A stretch of 64,000 nucleotides of DNA. Source: Paramoeba atlantica. Taxonomy: Eukaryota > Protista > Discosea. The translations under genes and the position numbers were made by a program. The notes beneath the pieces were generated by a model that did not search any database, had not been told where the DNA came from, and saw only the letters and a program-made list of their open reading frames with translations. This document shows positions 1-12,000 of the stretch, in pieces. The DNA lies in NCBI GenBank assembly GCA_977017575.1, contig CDRNVI010000007.1:62001-126000 (forward strand). Direction: 5' to 3'. Numbering within the stretch: the stretch's first letter is position 1; every line of letters begins with the position of its first letter.

Positions 1-2
1 CC

Positions 3-1112
3 GCCGGGGACACGATTAAAACCAAGACCACACGAAAGATTCAAACCGACGCCTCGGGGGGTAAATCTGCCACAGCCCATCGTAAAGTGTTGACGCTAAT
101 CCTTCGGCTCGTGCGTATTGAGTATGACGCCGTGAGCCTCACTCTACGGGTCGCGGGGATTAACATTGGGGAGAATGAATTCGTGCGACTCGGACAGCAT
201 CACACATTTACGTTGCAGCTCGGGTACGAGCTCAGTGTCGGGAAAGGGTCCTGGGATCCCGCCCATATGGAACACATTAAAGCCTCCTGTGACCGTGTAG
301 CCTCTGCGGAGCTCGCGGCGGTGACCATGGAACCCGGGGTCGCACATATATCGTTAATTACCCCCAGCATGACACTTACACGAGAAACTATCGAGTCTGG
401 GGTACCGAGAAAATCTCGTGCTTGTTACGATCCATCCAGCCGGGACAAGGCGATGGAAAAGTTTTTCGATAAAATTATTTCCGCCATGGAGCGACATGTT
501 CACTGGGAGCATGTAAAAGTTTGTGTGATCGGATCCCCGGGATTCTTACGAGAACAATTCCTGGAGTATTTATTTCATAATAGTCCAGAAGCTGTGCAAC
601 ACAAGAGTCGATTTGTGTCCTGTCTTCTGCACAGTGCGCACCGACGAGCGTTGGCTGAGGCTCTGGCCGATCCCGGGCTGCGGTCCCAGTTAGCCGACGT
701 GAAGGCGTGTGAGGAGGCACGAGCGTTGGAATTGTTTTTTAAAAACATGAACGAAGACCCGGACACGGTGTGCTATGGCCCCCGGCATGTTGCGGAGGCG
801 ATTACTCGGAATGCTGTGGACACGCTACTACTGTGTGATACGCTGTTGAGTGCGGGGTATCCCACGCGTAGGCGATACGTTGCATTGGTAGATAACGTCC
901 ATGAGCTCGGGGGGAAGGTGTTGTTCTTCTCCTCGTTGCATGTCACCGGAAGGCAGCTCGCACAAATGTCTGGGATTGCCGCGCTGCTGCGCTATCCTCT
1001 ACCGGAGCTTGATAGTATCGTGGAAACGTTGGCCCCGCTGGAGGAGCATGGGGTCAAGGAAAAAACGCTTTTCGTGAAGGAGGGTGCAGTTCATGCAAAC
1101 GCAACGAAGTAG
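3..1112 (+). CDS. PELO: Pelota/Dom34 ribosome-rescue factor (5' part lies outside the window)
   Basis: Frame is open from base 3 (AGDTIKTKTTRKIQ...). eRF1-like motifs LTLRVAGINIGENEFVRLGQHHT, VIGSPGF, CYGPRHVAEA, FSSLHVTGRQLAQMSGIAALLRYP. Confidence 0.95.
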   Translation, partial: AGDTIKTKTTRKIQTDASGGKSATAHRKVLTLILRLVRIEYDAVSLTLRVAGINIGENEFVRLGQHHTFTLQLGYELSVGKGSWDPAHMEHIKASCDRVASAELAAVTMEPGVAHISLITPSMTLTRETIESGVPRKSRACYDPSSRDKAMEKFFDKIISAMERHVHWEHVKVCVIGSPGFLREQFLEYLFHNSPEAVQHKSRFVSCLLHSAHRRALAEALADPGLRSQLADVKACEEARALELFFKNMNEDPDTVCYGPRHVAEAITRNAVDTLLLCDTLLSAGYPTRRRYVALVDNVHELGGKVLFFSSLHVTGRQLAQMSGIAALLRYPLPELDSIVETLAPLEEHGVKEKTLFVKEGAVHANATK

Positions 1113-1299
1113 CATGTGCGAATGGAATGAGTTATTTATTCATACATGACTTACAATTCTTCAGTCCAATTGATCCCAGGTTTACCCGGATTTCAGTATA
1201 TCACTCTCCTTTTGCTGTTATTCTACTGCAAAGTGTTGTTTTGCAAGTTGTATACCAGGATAGCTTATTTATTTTGGCTACAAGTTTCAAAATAATGAA

Positions 1300-2985
1300 A
1301 TGGAAGAAATAACGGTTATCCTTGGCCTTGAACGAAACAGCAAGGACGGCACTGATCCCCTTATTGGACCTTCGATTCCGTACGATGCTAGAGATCCCGA
1401 AATTTTTGGACATCCGTCCTACATATCGATAGAGAATGACCCCTGTTATTCGAGTATTCGTGTTCTGGAGAAAGCTATGCTTGAGAATCGACAGGCGGAG
1501 AAATACCAAGAGAATTTTATGAACGAAGAATCAGTTAATCGTTTGAAAAGAATTAGAGAGATCCACCCTTATTGGGAGAAAGATTTTCGAGTTTTTAACT
1601 GGCTAAAGAACCTTCATAGGCATTCACAACCTCCAACGGAAAGCACTTCAGGCAGTCCATTTCATGAACAGGATCCACTCCAGACATCACAACTTTTAAA
1701 CGTCCGATATCGGTTGCGTCCTCAAGGACGGAGAAACAGTTTTTTTGAAAAACATGAAATGACTTCAGAGGATTTAATTCGCCTCATGCTTGAAGATCAC
1801 CTGCACCGATTATATCTTCGACAACAAGCTGTACGCTTCGCATGCGTGTCGAAATCCAGCAATGCGGGAATTCTTCCTTGCGACTTGCAATCAACCCAAT
1901 TGTCGTTAGCGGAGAGCATCACAGTTACAGTAGGACGGCGGCTCTATACGGAGAGCTTTCTCAAAAGTTGGGTACAACATAGAGAATACGTAGTACAGAG
2001 CGAAATTAGTCTTTGCGATAAAGACACACATGTGCAACACGTTCAGCTACCTCTGCATCTGGAACAGTTCGTGCATTGGCTGGGTGTTTTGCCTAGCGTA
2101 GGGGTATTTGCTACGGTTCTAGATTGGTTCTACACGCCACGCAACGGTGCAAAGTGTTCTGAGGAAGCAGTAAACGAAAAACGGATGCAAATGGAAAAGG
2201 TTTTCCAGGAGTGCACAAAATGTGCTGAATCTTGGCTCAGACTACACTTTCTTGACTCAGCCGAAAGTACAGGTTTAGAAAATTGTTCTACACCGCGGAG
2301 CGTATCGGGTGTAGAAAATGAAAATTTTCTGAAAACGTCCAGAAGACTTTTTCTTTCTAAGCATTGTACATGGCTATTACATCGTCTTGTGTTATGTCAA
2401 ACGAAGTATGCTGTGGCCGAAGAGCGCTGCACGTCCTTTAATAAGGCCATGAGAAAATCTCGAGAGAAGGATTTTCTCATTCACCCCTTTCACTTGTTAA
2501 AAGCTCATAGTGTGGCTTTGAGTCCACAAGAACTAATACAGGCCTTGAACGCACAAACCGATACTGAAAACAAGGTGAGTAACTCACCACAAATGTGGGC
2601 GCTACTGACTGATGCCCAACTTTGTACGGCACAAAAATTAAAAGAAGAGTTGGGTGACACGAATATAGAAAGTAACCAATTCTCTACCTCTATGAAGTTG
2701 AACGCAGAATCGAGTGGAGGCCCTGATTTGATAGAGAAAGATACTGGCTTGAAATGCTCTTTTGATTACCTCAAAGAAAGGGTGATGATAGAAATTGGAT
2801 TAAACATCATTCATATGCCTTGGGTAGTAGATGAAGAGTGGGGAACGATATTTCAAAAGCTGTGTGATGCGGATGAGTACCACAGAATTCACCTTTCGTC
2901 TGACCCATTATGTGAAATTAGTAGTACTCGTATCCATATCTGTTCAAACCTGAATCCAGCAAGTGCCTTTAGTACTGACGATTAA
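1300..2985 (+). CDS. Hypothetical protein, 561 aa
   Basis: Long ATG-initiated ORF on the same strand as the neighbouring genes; no motif recognised. Confidence 0.8.
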   Translation: MEEITVILGLERNSKDGTDPLIGPSIPYDARDPEIFGHPSYISIENDPCYSSIRVLEKAMLENRQAEKYQENFMNEESVNRLKRIREIHPYWEKDFRVFNWLKNLHRHSQPPTESTSGSPFHEQDPLQTSQLLNVRYRLRPQGRRNSFFEKHEMTSEDLIRLMLEDHLHRLYLRQQAVRFACVSKSSNAGILPCDLQSTQLSLAESITVTVGRRLYTESFLKSWVQHREYVVQSEISLCDKDTHVQHVQLPLHLEQFVHWLGVLPSVGVFATVLDWFYTPRNGAKCSEEAVNEKRMQMEKVFQECTKCAESWLRLHFLDSAESTGLENCSTPRSVSGVENENFLKTSRRLFLSKHCTWLLHRLVLCQTKYAVAEERCTSFNKAMRKSREKDFLIHPFHLLKAHSVALSPQELIQALNAQTDTENKVSNSPQMWALLTDAQLCTAQKLKEELGDTNIESNQFSTSMKLNAESSGGPDLIEKDTGLKCSFDYLKERVMIEIGLNIIHMPWVVDEEWGTIFQKLCDADEYHRIHLSSDPLCEISSTRIHICSNLNPASAFSTDD

Positions 2986-3376
2986 ACCACCCCGAAACGC
3001 CACCAGATAATGCGAGCGCTTACTTACTGTGACCCCCTCTTTATACTTCTCTGGTCAGACCCCCCTTTATACTTACTCCCCCCCCCTCCCTTTACGCGCT
3101 CCCGGTCAGACCCCCCCGCTTAAGCGCACATAGAGTCAAGGTGCAGATTCCGGCGCCGCGAAGTGGGGCGAATTTTTTGATTATATAGTGATTCAGACCC
3201 CCCCCCTTTTAAGCGCATTTTTCACCGGAAAACGAGGTGCGCTTAAACGGGGGGACATTACTTACTTAGAGGGTTGAAACCTGCTAAGTTTTTCCGTGTG
3301 CTCCCCCCCCCCCCGAGGGGGGGGGCGGTTTTAATTTTTCCAAAAACGAAACAAGGACGTTCTAAATATTCATATG

Positions 3377-3413
3377 AGGGGCTGCGGGTGAAACCTCGCC
3401 ACCCGCAGCCCCT
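3377..3413. repeat. Perfect 14-bp GC-rich hairpin with 9-nt loop
   Basis: aggggctgcgggtg (3377-3390) / cacccgcagcccct (3400-3413). Confidence 0.9.
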
Positions 3414-3434
3414 TATAAAGGCCCTTATTAATTA

Positions 3435-3529
3435 GGCTCTTCGTTAAACGCGGTAGTTGTTTTCAACTTAGAAGTCACTCATGCTGCGCGCTTCGCGTTG
3501 AAAACTACCGCCGCGTTTAACGAAGAGCC
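3435..3529. mobile_element. 95-bp mini-MITE, 19-bp perfect TIRs, TA-flanked
   Basis: TA|ggctcttcgttaaacgcgg ... ccgcgtttaacgaagagcc|TA. A second, inverted, truncated copy lies at about 4969-5038. Confidence 0.8.
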
Positions 3530-3960
3530 TAAAAAAGAAAAATCGCGAAAAGATCATGCATAATCTATTTTTTGGGGGTAAAAACCTCGATTTTTCGGCA
3601 AAAAAAAATGTAAAAATTTAACCCAAATTTGGGCCGTTTTGGATGCCTTACCAGTAGGGGTAGGAGGCGAATGTGACGCAAAAAACGTCGCAGAATGGTA
3701 GCTGAAGTCCCAAACTCCTAAAACACGTTTTAGGAGTCGATTTTGGAAAAATAAGATTTTTATTTTTTTTTGGGTCTAAAAAAATTTTTTTTTGGTCACC
3801 CCAAAAATTTCGGAAATTTTGACCTTGTCGGATCCCTCCCGCGCGTACCAGTGGGGGTACCCCCAGGGGGGGTGGAAAATTATCGCCGCGGTATACTCTA
3901 CCACTTCCCTACGCTCGATTTCGAAAAGCAAAAAATTCGAAAAAAAATCGCGACGTATGC

Positions 3961-4030
3961 CCCCCCCATGGACCCCCCCCATGGACCCCCCCATGGACCC
4001 CCCCCATGGACCCCCCCATGGACCCCCCAT
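3961..4030. repeat. Tandem repeat C(7-8)ATGGA x5 plus a partial unit
   Basis: Read directly from 3961-4030; the - strand carries six G6-8 runs. Confidence 0.95.
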
Positions 4031-4429
4031 TTTTTTGAATTTTTTTTTTCAGTTTTGGACCACCGGGTCCCCTTTTATATTTTTTTCTTCTATTATATTA
4101 CTGTGTTCCCCTTTATTTTCACTGTTTTTGTTCACTTTTTTTTCAATAATCGAGGGTAGAGCGGTAGTTATACAACCACCGCAATTAAGCCCCTTATTCG
4201 TTGGGCGGGGTTTATTAGCTTCCGAACACATTTTTGGCGATATTGTACACCCCCCGCCTTTATACTTCGCTACTGATCAAAACGGGCGAAGTAAAGGGGG
4301 GGTCACAGTACCCGTTTTTTTTGAGTCGTACGCCACGTTATGGATACGCTCCTTAAGCCAGTCTCTGCGAGCTTTTGTACACCCAACTACACCGCATTCT
4401 TTAGTACATAAGCACTCATCCTCATCACT

Positions 4430-4760
4430 TTTAGGTTTTAAACACTGCGGCTTGTTAGTCAGCAGGCTATACGTTACTACAGATCCAATTTGAAGGACAT
4501 CTCGGACCCAAGGGATATCATGGTCAGTACCATAAAAAAACGAAACCTGTCAAAATGAGCAAAACATCGCTTTGATTGGAGACCGAATAAATGAAATGCT
4601 TTGGTTGAGATGCTTTTGCGACTTGGTCAGATCACGGTAGGGTACAAGGCAGTGTGCACAACCAATGTACCCTAAATCAGCCAAAAAAAGGTCATCCTTG
4701 TGGTGATCAAATACAGGGGTACGATACATACTTTGGTAAATTTTCGCATGCAATCTTACA
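4430..4760 (-). pseudogene. C-terminal fragment of an IS5/ISL2EU/PIF-Harbinger-like (DDE_Tnp_4) transposase, frameshifted
   Basis: LFLADLGYIG..CLVPYR.LTKSQKHLNQSISFIRSPIKAMF fits the consensus laDkGY.g...P....Lt..qk..N..is..R..iE..f (catalytic E appears as K); the frame then shifts. Confidence 0.6.
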
Positions 4761-4968
4761 TGCATTGTGGAACGCCGCGGAGCAAACAATGGGTTTTGTT
4801 CAAGAACCGACCTAAGATCTTGACCAGCCTCTTCCACAAAGTAGAATTTTGGCGATACCTGACTTACTTGCTTATCCCTCGGAATCTTCTGAATCACATG
4901 ATTCAAGAGAGGAGCCGGAGGAGTCGTCATAAAGCAGAGTTCTGTTTTCCTGGCCAAGCCGTCTTTTC

Positions 4969-5038
4969 TAGTCGCTCCGTTAAACGCGGAGGTAGTTTTC
5001 AACGCGAAGCGGTCGTGACTTCTACGTTGAAAAACAAC
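4969..5038 (-). repeat. Truncated inverted copy of the 3435-3529 mini-MITE
   Basis: ctccgttaaacgcggaggtagttttcaacgcgaagcg..gtgacttctacgttgaaaaacaac aligns to the reverse complement of 3435-3529; the distal TIR is missing. Confidence 0.75.
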
Positions 5039-5198
5039 AAGTTTTTTTTCGAATTAATTACCTTATGAAACTAATAAGTGATTCGTAACCACTAAGTGAT
5101 GGAGCTATTGCGCGCAGGGGGATTTACTGTAACCATCACCTGCTGTATCTTAGTGACCTCCAATTTTCAAGCATCTCCTACTTTCTACTCTTGGACCA

Positions 5199-6089
5199 AT
5201 GTCTCCAGCAATCAACGCGGTCGACATTGTTTCTCTCCAAACCCTTGCACTCCCTCACCGAGAGCACGCCACCGCCTTACTCCAAACCATTCTGGATCTT
5301 GTCCGCCCTCTCATGCGTACCGAATCCCTACACGTCGGGGCGTTACATGAATTTTCACCCGCAAACCAATGCTTACTCGGTATCAATTACAACCATGGCG
5401 AAACGATTCGTGTTCGTCTACGCACCCCCACACCTAGCCGACGGAGACCACCCAAGGGCTCACCCCATTCCCATCGTACCCAAACCACATTTGAAAAAAG
5501 TGCTGAAAAAAATAAAGTCCCAGATGGGCTCTCTGGCTCCACCTTTCTTCCTCTCCCCGCCTTAGTGAGCACCATGGTTCATGAACTCGTGCACAACCGC
5601 GTCGGTCCGCATAATGCGGAGTTCCGCCGTCTCTACCATTCCTGGTGCTCGTTCGTAGAGGGGCACTGGGAGCGCAACCCGTTTCATTCCTCCGCGTATC
5701 CAAGTCTCGGGCTAGGGCCCGCGAACGAACAGAGCGGCCCTGGAGGATTAGCAAACAAGACGATCACATCCCACCCGTTTGCGGGAACCGGGCGTAGACT
5801 AGGATCGCTTTTTGAGACACACCAGATGGAGGCCTCCTGTGGGTGCGGGGAGAGTACAGTAAAGGAAAGGCGTACGTCAAAAGCAGCTCATGAAGGCAAC
5901 GTTCGAAAAAGGGGACGAATGGTTGGCACGGCAGAGGTGAAACCGGTGGTGTCACGGTTTAGGAAATCGCCCGCAACGGCAGTGTCGAGAGCGGTGAGGA
6001 AATCCACAGCGGCTCCTTCGGTGCGGGAAAGGAGGACTATGGTGAGCAAGGCAGGGTTGGCCGCTATTGCGCGGATGAATGACGTGTAG
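5199..6089 (+). CDS. WSS1: WLM-domain metalloprotease (Wss1-like, DNA-protein crosslink repair)
   Basis: PLMR...LHEFSP...LLGINYNHGETIRVRLR and STMVHELVHNRVGPHNAEF (HExxH...H). Confidence 0.88.
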   Translation: MSPAINAVDIVSLQTLALPHREHATALLQTILDLVRPLMRTESLHVGALHEFSPANQCLLGINYNHGETIRVRLRTPTPSRRRPPKGSPHSHRTQTTFEKSAEKNKVPDGLSGSTFLPLPALVSTMVHELVHNRVGPHNAEFRRLYHSWCSFVEGHWERNPFHSSAYPSLGLGPANEQSGPGGLANKTITSHPFAGTGRRLGSLFETHQMEASCGCGESTVKERRTSKAAHEGNVRKRGRMVGTAEVKPVVSRFRKSPATAVSRAVRKSTAAPSVRERRTMVSKAGLAAIARMNDV

Positions 6090-6559
6090 CAAAGTGGAGT
6101 GTCTGACATACCGTGGCAAGCATCAGTTATGACCAAATCAATTTTCTGTCTTTCGAAAACGGAATACTGCACTTCGTGACCGATGTATCGAGGACTGATT
6201 TCTGAATCTACCCATGATTCGTCCGCAATTGAGGTCCATTTTGTTTGGTCAGCAGTCCGGGTAGCCAGTTTATTGACGAGCGTAACAGCGGAAGAAGAAG
6301 TATGAGGCTTGCCGCGCTCAAAATGTGTCGGGTTCCGTTTACCAGGCTAATCCTTTAGATACAAATTCTAAGAATGGAGTATTATACTCCAGTTTCAGTG
6401 TATACTGAAAGTAGAGTAGTAAATCTAGTGAACAAATAGTTTAGGAATTGGATACAATGCCCTTCAACTGGCCTGGTTTATTCTCACACGATATCACATG
6501 ACAATTCACATCTTTTTAACGAATAGTGAACTTTTTCTTTCTTAAAACCAACCCATTCC

Positions 6560-7576
6560 ATGATCAACATTGACCCAGAACGTCGCGAGGACTCCTTCTA
6601 CCGGTACAAAATGCCCGCACTGCTGTGCAAAGTCGAGGGCCGGGGCAACGGCATCAAAACCGTCGTGCTGAACATCCGCGACGTCGCCGATTCCATCCAC
6701 CGTCCCGCAGAGTACCTCATCAAATCCATGAGCACCGATCTCGGGGTCGCGATGAAACTCGAGAACGATCGCTGGTCCCTGGCCGGGGATCACATTAAGG
6801 CGGATGCGTACAAACTCCAAAACCGGCTCTACGAGTTTATCCGTCGCGGGGTGTTGTGCAAACACTGCCGTAACCCCGAGACGGTCTACACCACAGCGGA
6901 GAAGGGAAGACTCCAGATGACCTGCAAGGCCTGCTCCCGCGGCTCGGACCTCACGGTGAGTGAAAAAGTGATGGCCGCGATTATGCGGCACGAGAAGGAT
7001 ACCCGAGCCGCGCAGCCCAGTAAGGACCAGAAACAGGAGGCGAAGTGGGAGCGGAGTACACGGCGAGCCGCCGGGCATGACCAGGGGGAGTTACAGGAGG
7101 AGACGATAGAAAATGTGGGTGGGGACCCGGTGGTGGAGTTAACCGAGCTGATTCGCGCAGGGGTGGGGGAGAGCGCGGTGGTGGACAAGGTATTTGATTT
7201 GAAACAGGAATACGGGATGCAGGAAAAGGATTTGGCCCGGTTGGTGTTTCGTGCGTGTTTTCGTGGGGGTATCGATGCTGAACATGCGTGTATGCAAATC
7301 CGTCAGCTCACGCCTATCCTGAAGCGATTTGTGAACAAGGATTTATATTCCGTGGTGGTGGAAGAGGCAGAGCGCTTTGCACAAGAAAACAAGGTATGTA
7401 TGCAAGGCAAATTCCCAATTTTTTTGTTTGAATTAATGGAAAGGGGTATTGTGAACGAGAGTGCAGTGATGGGGTGGTACGAATCTGGAAAAAGTAAAGG
7501 TTTGGATCGACATTCCGCAACACATTGGCGTTCCGTGTGTGAGCCGTTCATAAAGCTTATGCGTCAAAAATTGTAG
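6560..7576 (+). CDS. EIF5: Translation initiation factor eIF5
   Basis: DSFYRYKMP..KVEGRGNGIKTV..N, zinc ribbon VLCKHCRNPET...CKAC, C-terminal W2-like region. Confidence 0.95.
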   Translation: MINIDPERREDSFYRYKMPALLCKVEGRGNGIKTVVLNIRDVADSIHRPAEYLIKSMSTDLGVAMKLENDRWSLAGDHIKADAYKLQNRLYEFIRRGVLCKHCRNPETVYTTAEKGRLQMTCKACSRGSDLTVSEKVMAAIMRHEKDTRAAQPSKDQKQEAKWERSTRRAAGHDQGELQEETIENVGGDPVVELTELIRAGVGESAVVDKVFDLKQEYGMQEKDLARLVFRACFRGGIDAEHACMQIRQLTPILKRFVNKDLYSVVVEEAERFAQENKVCMQGKFPIFLFELMERGIVNESAVMGWYESGKSKGLDRHSATHWRSVCEPFIKLMRQKL

Positions 7577-7855
7577 TGTGAATGAGACGTTTTTTTCAAT
7601 CTACATGTATTTCATTTGTGGGAAACATCGAAGTATTTTTGTAAGGCTTTTACGGCCGGGAGGTTCTCTATGCGTAGATGCACTCTGCAGGCCAGCTTGA
7701 GGGGAAAGAAAAGGAATGTGTATTGTGTGACGAAATAATCGGTGTGTATAAGTTGTTAAAAAATGTTTATGAATCTACGCAATACGTCACACATATTTTG
7801 TTGCGACTCATTTCAGTTTTTATTTGAACTTGACTTGAAGTTTGATTACTATTAC

Positions 7856-8572
7856 ATGGGTATGGCGTACTCTAAATCTGAGCAACCAGAATCTACTATT
7901 TCTGTGAATACGAATAAGAAAAGCGCTTCTACAAACTGTATAAACGAAGAATCTATTGAGAAAGTTAACATGGACACGTTGAGTGAAAGCAATCTGAAAA
8001 ATACGTCTGAAGTAGAGAACAAAGAATTGGATACCTCGGAAAAGATTGTCCCCCCGTCGAGAAAATGCTACTGTGGAAAGCTTGATGTGAACTCGGCAGC
8101 TGTGAAGCGCAGTAAGGATGGTTCTTACATTCGATGCGCCCAATGTGGTGACCTCTTTCACGCAGCTTGTGTCGGCATAAACTCTGATAATCATGCGAAA
8201 AACATGTTTCCACCTCACAACGAAGGGAAGTGGATATGTTTCGAGTGCTACACTGACATAAAGGTACAGAGCGCTCTACCAAAACATATTTGTGAAATCT
8301 GCGGAAAGTCTGAGAATCCTGTAATAAAAAGAGAAGTAGAATCCGAACACCAAGATGAGTTACGCCAGCACACAAAGAAATCCAAAGCTAGTAAGAATAA
8401 TACTCAACCTTCCACTGAGGTGGATTTTCAGCAACATCCATATTACATTGTTTGTCACGGTTGTGGAAAACACGCACACGGGATTTGTGCGGGCGTCAAT
8501 AGCCTTTCCCTTCAATTCGATTTGCGTCGGCCATCGACAGAGTGGCTCTGTCCGCGCTGTTGTGGAGTGTAG
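7856..8572 (+). CDS. Tandem PHD-finger protein
   Basis: Two C4HC3 fingers: CYCG...IRCAQC..FHAACV...WICFEC and CEIC...VCHGC..HAHGIC...WLCPRC. ATG 7856 is preferred over the upstream ATG at 7763. Confidence 0.85.
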   Translation: MGMAYSKSEQPESTISVNTNKKSASTNCINEESIEKVNMDTLSESNLKNTSEVENKELDTSEKIVPPSRKCYCGKLDVNSAAVKRSKDGSYIRCAQCGDLFHAACVGINSDNHAKNMFPPHNEGKWICFECYTDIKVQSALPKHICEICGKSENPVIKREVESEHQDELRQHTKKSKASKNNTQPSTEVDFQQHPYYIVCHGCGKHAHGICAGVNSLSLQFDLRRPSTEWLCPRCCGV

Positions 8573-9065
8573 TCTGCGCCTTTTTCACGTGAAGCAGAAT
8601 GGATTAGATAGACACATGTTTATGTCATCGGACGCCCAGCAGCTCAACCATCCGCCCAGCAGCTCTACGTGTGTTATAATGCGCAAAATTCTCTGACTGC
8701 CCAGTGCTAGAGCCTTCGTTTTCGTCATGGAAGCATACCGCAAGATCGTCGAAAGCTGTTTGTGCTTCGTCGATTGCATCACCTAGGGCAACGTAATTTA
8801 GTCTTGTGCGGCTTCCATTGAATAATATATAGCTCCACTGTATACAGTTCCAATGTAGCACTAAACTCAATGAATGGGAACTGAACCCTCTGCCTGAATG
8901 TCTCTTCAGCCACTTCGAAAGACGTTGTACAGTACAATGACTGAATTTTTACTAGAAGTGAAAGGGGGATTGTTATCCTATAAGGATTGTACAATGTATT
9001 ACCATACCAAGAAAATGTACCGTAATATACAGTGTAAGTTCGCTAACCTATTTTCTACAGAATGA

Positions 9066-12000
9066 ATGAAATCCACCACGACCAACAAGCGTAGGCTGAA
9101 AAAATGGTCCTGCCCCCGGTGCACGTACCTCAACACAACAAAGCACTTCTGTTCCATTTGCAGATTTCGCAGGCACACCAAAGCCGATTCTCCAAAACAA
9201 AGACAATGTTCACTCACAAAACCGAACCGCAATGCCGCACCAGCGTCCAGGAGAAACGAAACGTCCGCAGATACGTCAGAACCCACAGACACAAAACAAC
9301 TAACATTAAAGAAACGCAAGTCAAAGCGACATTCTAAACAAACGGACCCAAAATACAAAATCAAACAACGCAAATCCATCGAACTTGCGACGAACTTGCA
9401 TCGAACTCATGCGACGCACAGTCCCCAAGCCGTGACATCTTCTACAGCAGCATCAGGCAACACGTGTAATGTTGCTACGAGTAAGGCTGAGGTATCCGGC
9501 AATGATGCACTCATGTTTCAGACTGCAAGTGGGCGTCCGCTTCCCGTTTCGGAGGAAAGCATGAAGAAGGCGCAGTCACATTTTGACTTACCGGTCCCCA
9601 CGAGCTGGACACCTGACGCAGCATCAGGCAACACGTGTAATGTTGCTACGAGTAAGGCTGAGGTATCTGGCAATGATGCACTCATGTTTCAGACTGCAAG
9701 TGGGCGTCCGCTTCCCGTTTCGGAGGAAAACATGAAGAAGGCGCAGTCACATTTTGACTTACCGGTCCCCACGAGCTGGACACCTGACGCAGCATCAGGC
9801 AACACGTGTAATGTTGCTACGAGTAAGGCTGAGGTATCCGGCAATGATGCACTCATGTTTCAGACTGCAAGTGGGCGTCCGCTTCCCGTTTCGGAGGAAA
9901 ACATGAAGAAGGCGCAATCGCATTTTGACTTACCCGTCCCCACGAGCTGGACACCTGACGCAGCATCAGGCAACACGTGTAATGTTGCTACGAGTAAGGC
10001 TGAGGTATCCGGCAATGATGCACTCATGTTTCAGACTGCAAGTGGGCGTCCGCTTCCCGTTTCGGAGGAAAGCATGAAGAAGGCGCAGTCACATTTTGAC
10101 TTACCGGTCCCCACGAGCTGGACACCTGACGCAGCATCAGGCAACACGTGTAATGTTGCTACGAGTACGGCAGAGGTATCCGGCAATGATGCACTCATGT
10201 TTCAGACTGCAAGTGGGCGTCCGCTTCCCGTTTCGGAGGAAAGCATGAAGAAGGCGCAGTCACATTTTGACTTACCGGTCCCCACGAGCTGGACACCTGA
10301 CGCAGCATCAGGCAACACGTGTAATGTTGCTACGAGTAAGGCTGAGGTATCCGGCAATGATGCACTCATGTTTCAGACTGCAAGTGGGCGTCCGCTTCCC
10401 GTTTCGGAGGAAAGCATGAAGAAGGCGCAATCGCATTTTGACTTACCCGTCCCCACGAGCTGGACACCTGACGCAGCATCAGGCAACACGTGTAATGTTG
10501 CTACGAGTAAGGCTGAGGTATCCGGCAATGATGCACTCATGTTTCAGACTGCAAGTGGGCGTCCGCTTCCCGTTTCGGAGGAAAGCATGAAGAAGGCGCA
10601 GTCACATTTTGACTTACCGGTCCCCACGAGCTGGACACCTGACGCAGCATCAGGCAACACGTGTAATGTTGCTACGAGTACGGCAGAGGTATCCGGCAAT
10701 GATGCACTCATGTTTCAGACTGCAAGTGGGCGTCCGCTTCCCGTTTCGGAGGAAAGCATGAAGAAGGCGCAGTCACATTTTGACTTACCGGTCCCCACGA
10801 GCTGGACACCTGACGCAGCATCAGGCAACACGTGTAATGTTGCTACGAGTACGGAAGAGGTATCCGGCAATGATGCACTCATGTTTCAGACTGCAAGTGG
10901 GCGTCCGCTTCCCGTTTCGGAGGAAAACATGAAGAAGGCGCAATCGCATTTTGACTTACCCGTCCCCATGAGCTGGACACCTGACGCAGCATCAGGCAAC
11001 ACGTGTAATGTTGCTACGAGTAAGGCTGAGGTATCCGGCAATGATGCACTCATGTTTCAGACTGCAAGTGGGCGTCCGCTTCCCGTTTCGGAGGAAAGCA
11101 TGAAGAAGGCGCAGTCACATTTTGACTTACCGGTCCCCACGAGCTGGACACCTGACGCAGCATCAGGCAACACGTGTAATGTTGCTACGAGTACGGCAGA
11201 GGTATCCGGCAATGATGCACTCATGTTTCAGACTGCAAGTGGGCGTCCGCTTCCCGTTTCGGAGGAAAGCATGAAGAAAGCGCAATCGCATTTTGACTTA
11301 CCGGTCCCCACGAGCTGGACACCTGACGCAGCATCAGGCAACACGTGTAATGTTGCTACGAGTACGGCAGAGGTATCCGGCAATGATGCACTCATGTTTC
11401 AGACTGCAAGTGGGCGTCCGCTTCCCGTTTCGGAGGAAAGCATGAAGAAGGCGCAGTCACATTTTGACTTACCGGTCCCCACGAGCTGGACACCTGACGC
11501 AGCATCAGGCAACACGTGTAATGTTGCTACGAGTAAGGCTGAGGTATCCGGCAATGATGCACTCATGTTTCAGACTGCAAGTGGGCGTCCGCTTCCCGTT
11601 TCGGAGGAAAGCATGAAGAAGGCGCAGTCACATTTTGACTTACCGGTCCCCACGAGCTGGACACCTGACGCAGCATCAGGCAACACGTGTAATGTTGCTA
11701 CGAGTACGGCAGAGGTATCCGGCAATGATGCACTCATGTTTCAGACTGCAAGTGGGCGTCCGCTTCCCGTTTCGGAGGAAAGCATGAAGAAAGCGCAATC
11801 GCATTTTGACTTACCGGTCCCCACGAGCTGGACACCTGACGCAGCATCAGGCAACACGTGTAATGTTGCTACGAGTACGGCAGAGGTATCCGGCAATGAT
11901 GCACTCATGTTTCAGACTGCAAGTGGGCGTCCGCTTCCCGTTTCGGAGGAAAGCATGAAGAAGGCGCAATCGCATTTTGACTTACCCGTCCCCACGAGCT

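Larger units (their letters stand above)
3027..4308. mobile_element. Non-autonomous TIR element with TA duplication (Tc1/mariner-type), containing nested repeats
   Basis: TA|ctgtgaccccctctttatactt at 3025 and aagtaaagggggggtcacag|TA at 4310. Repeated subterminal cagacccccc...ttaagcgca motifs. Confidence 0.6.

Noticed and set aside
3770-4493. Pro/Gly-rich ORFs across the tandem repeat
   Set aside because: Low-complexity translations of non-coding transposon DNA with homopolymer runs.
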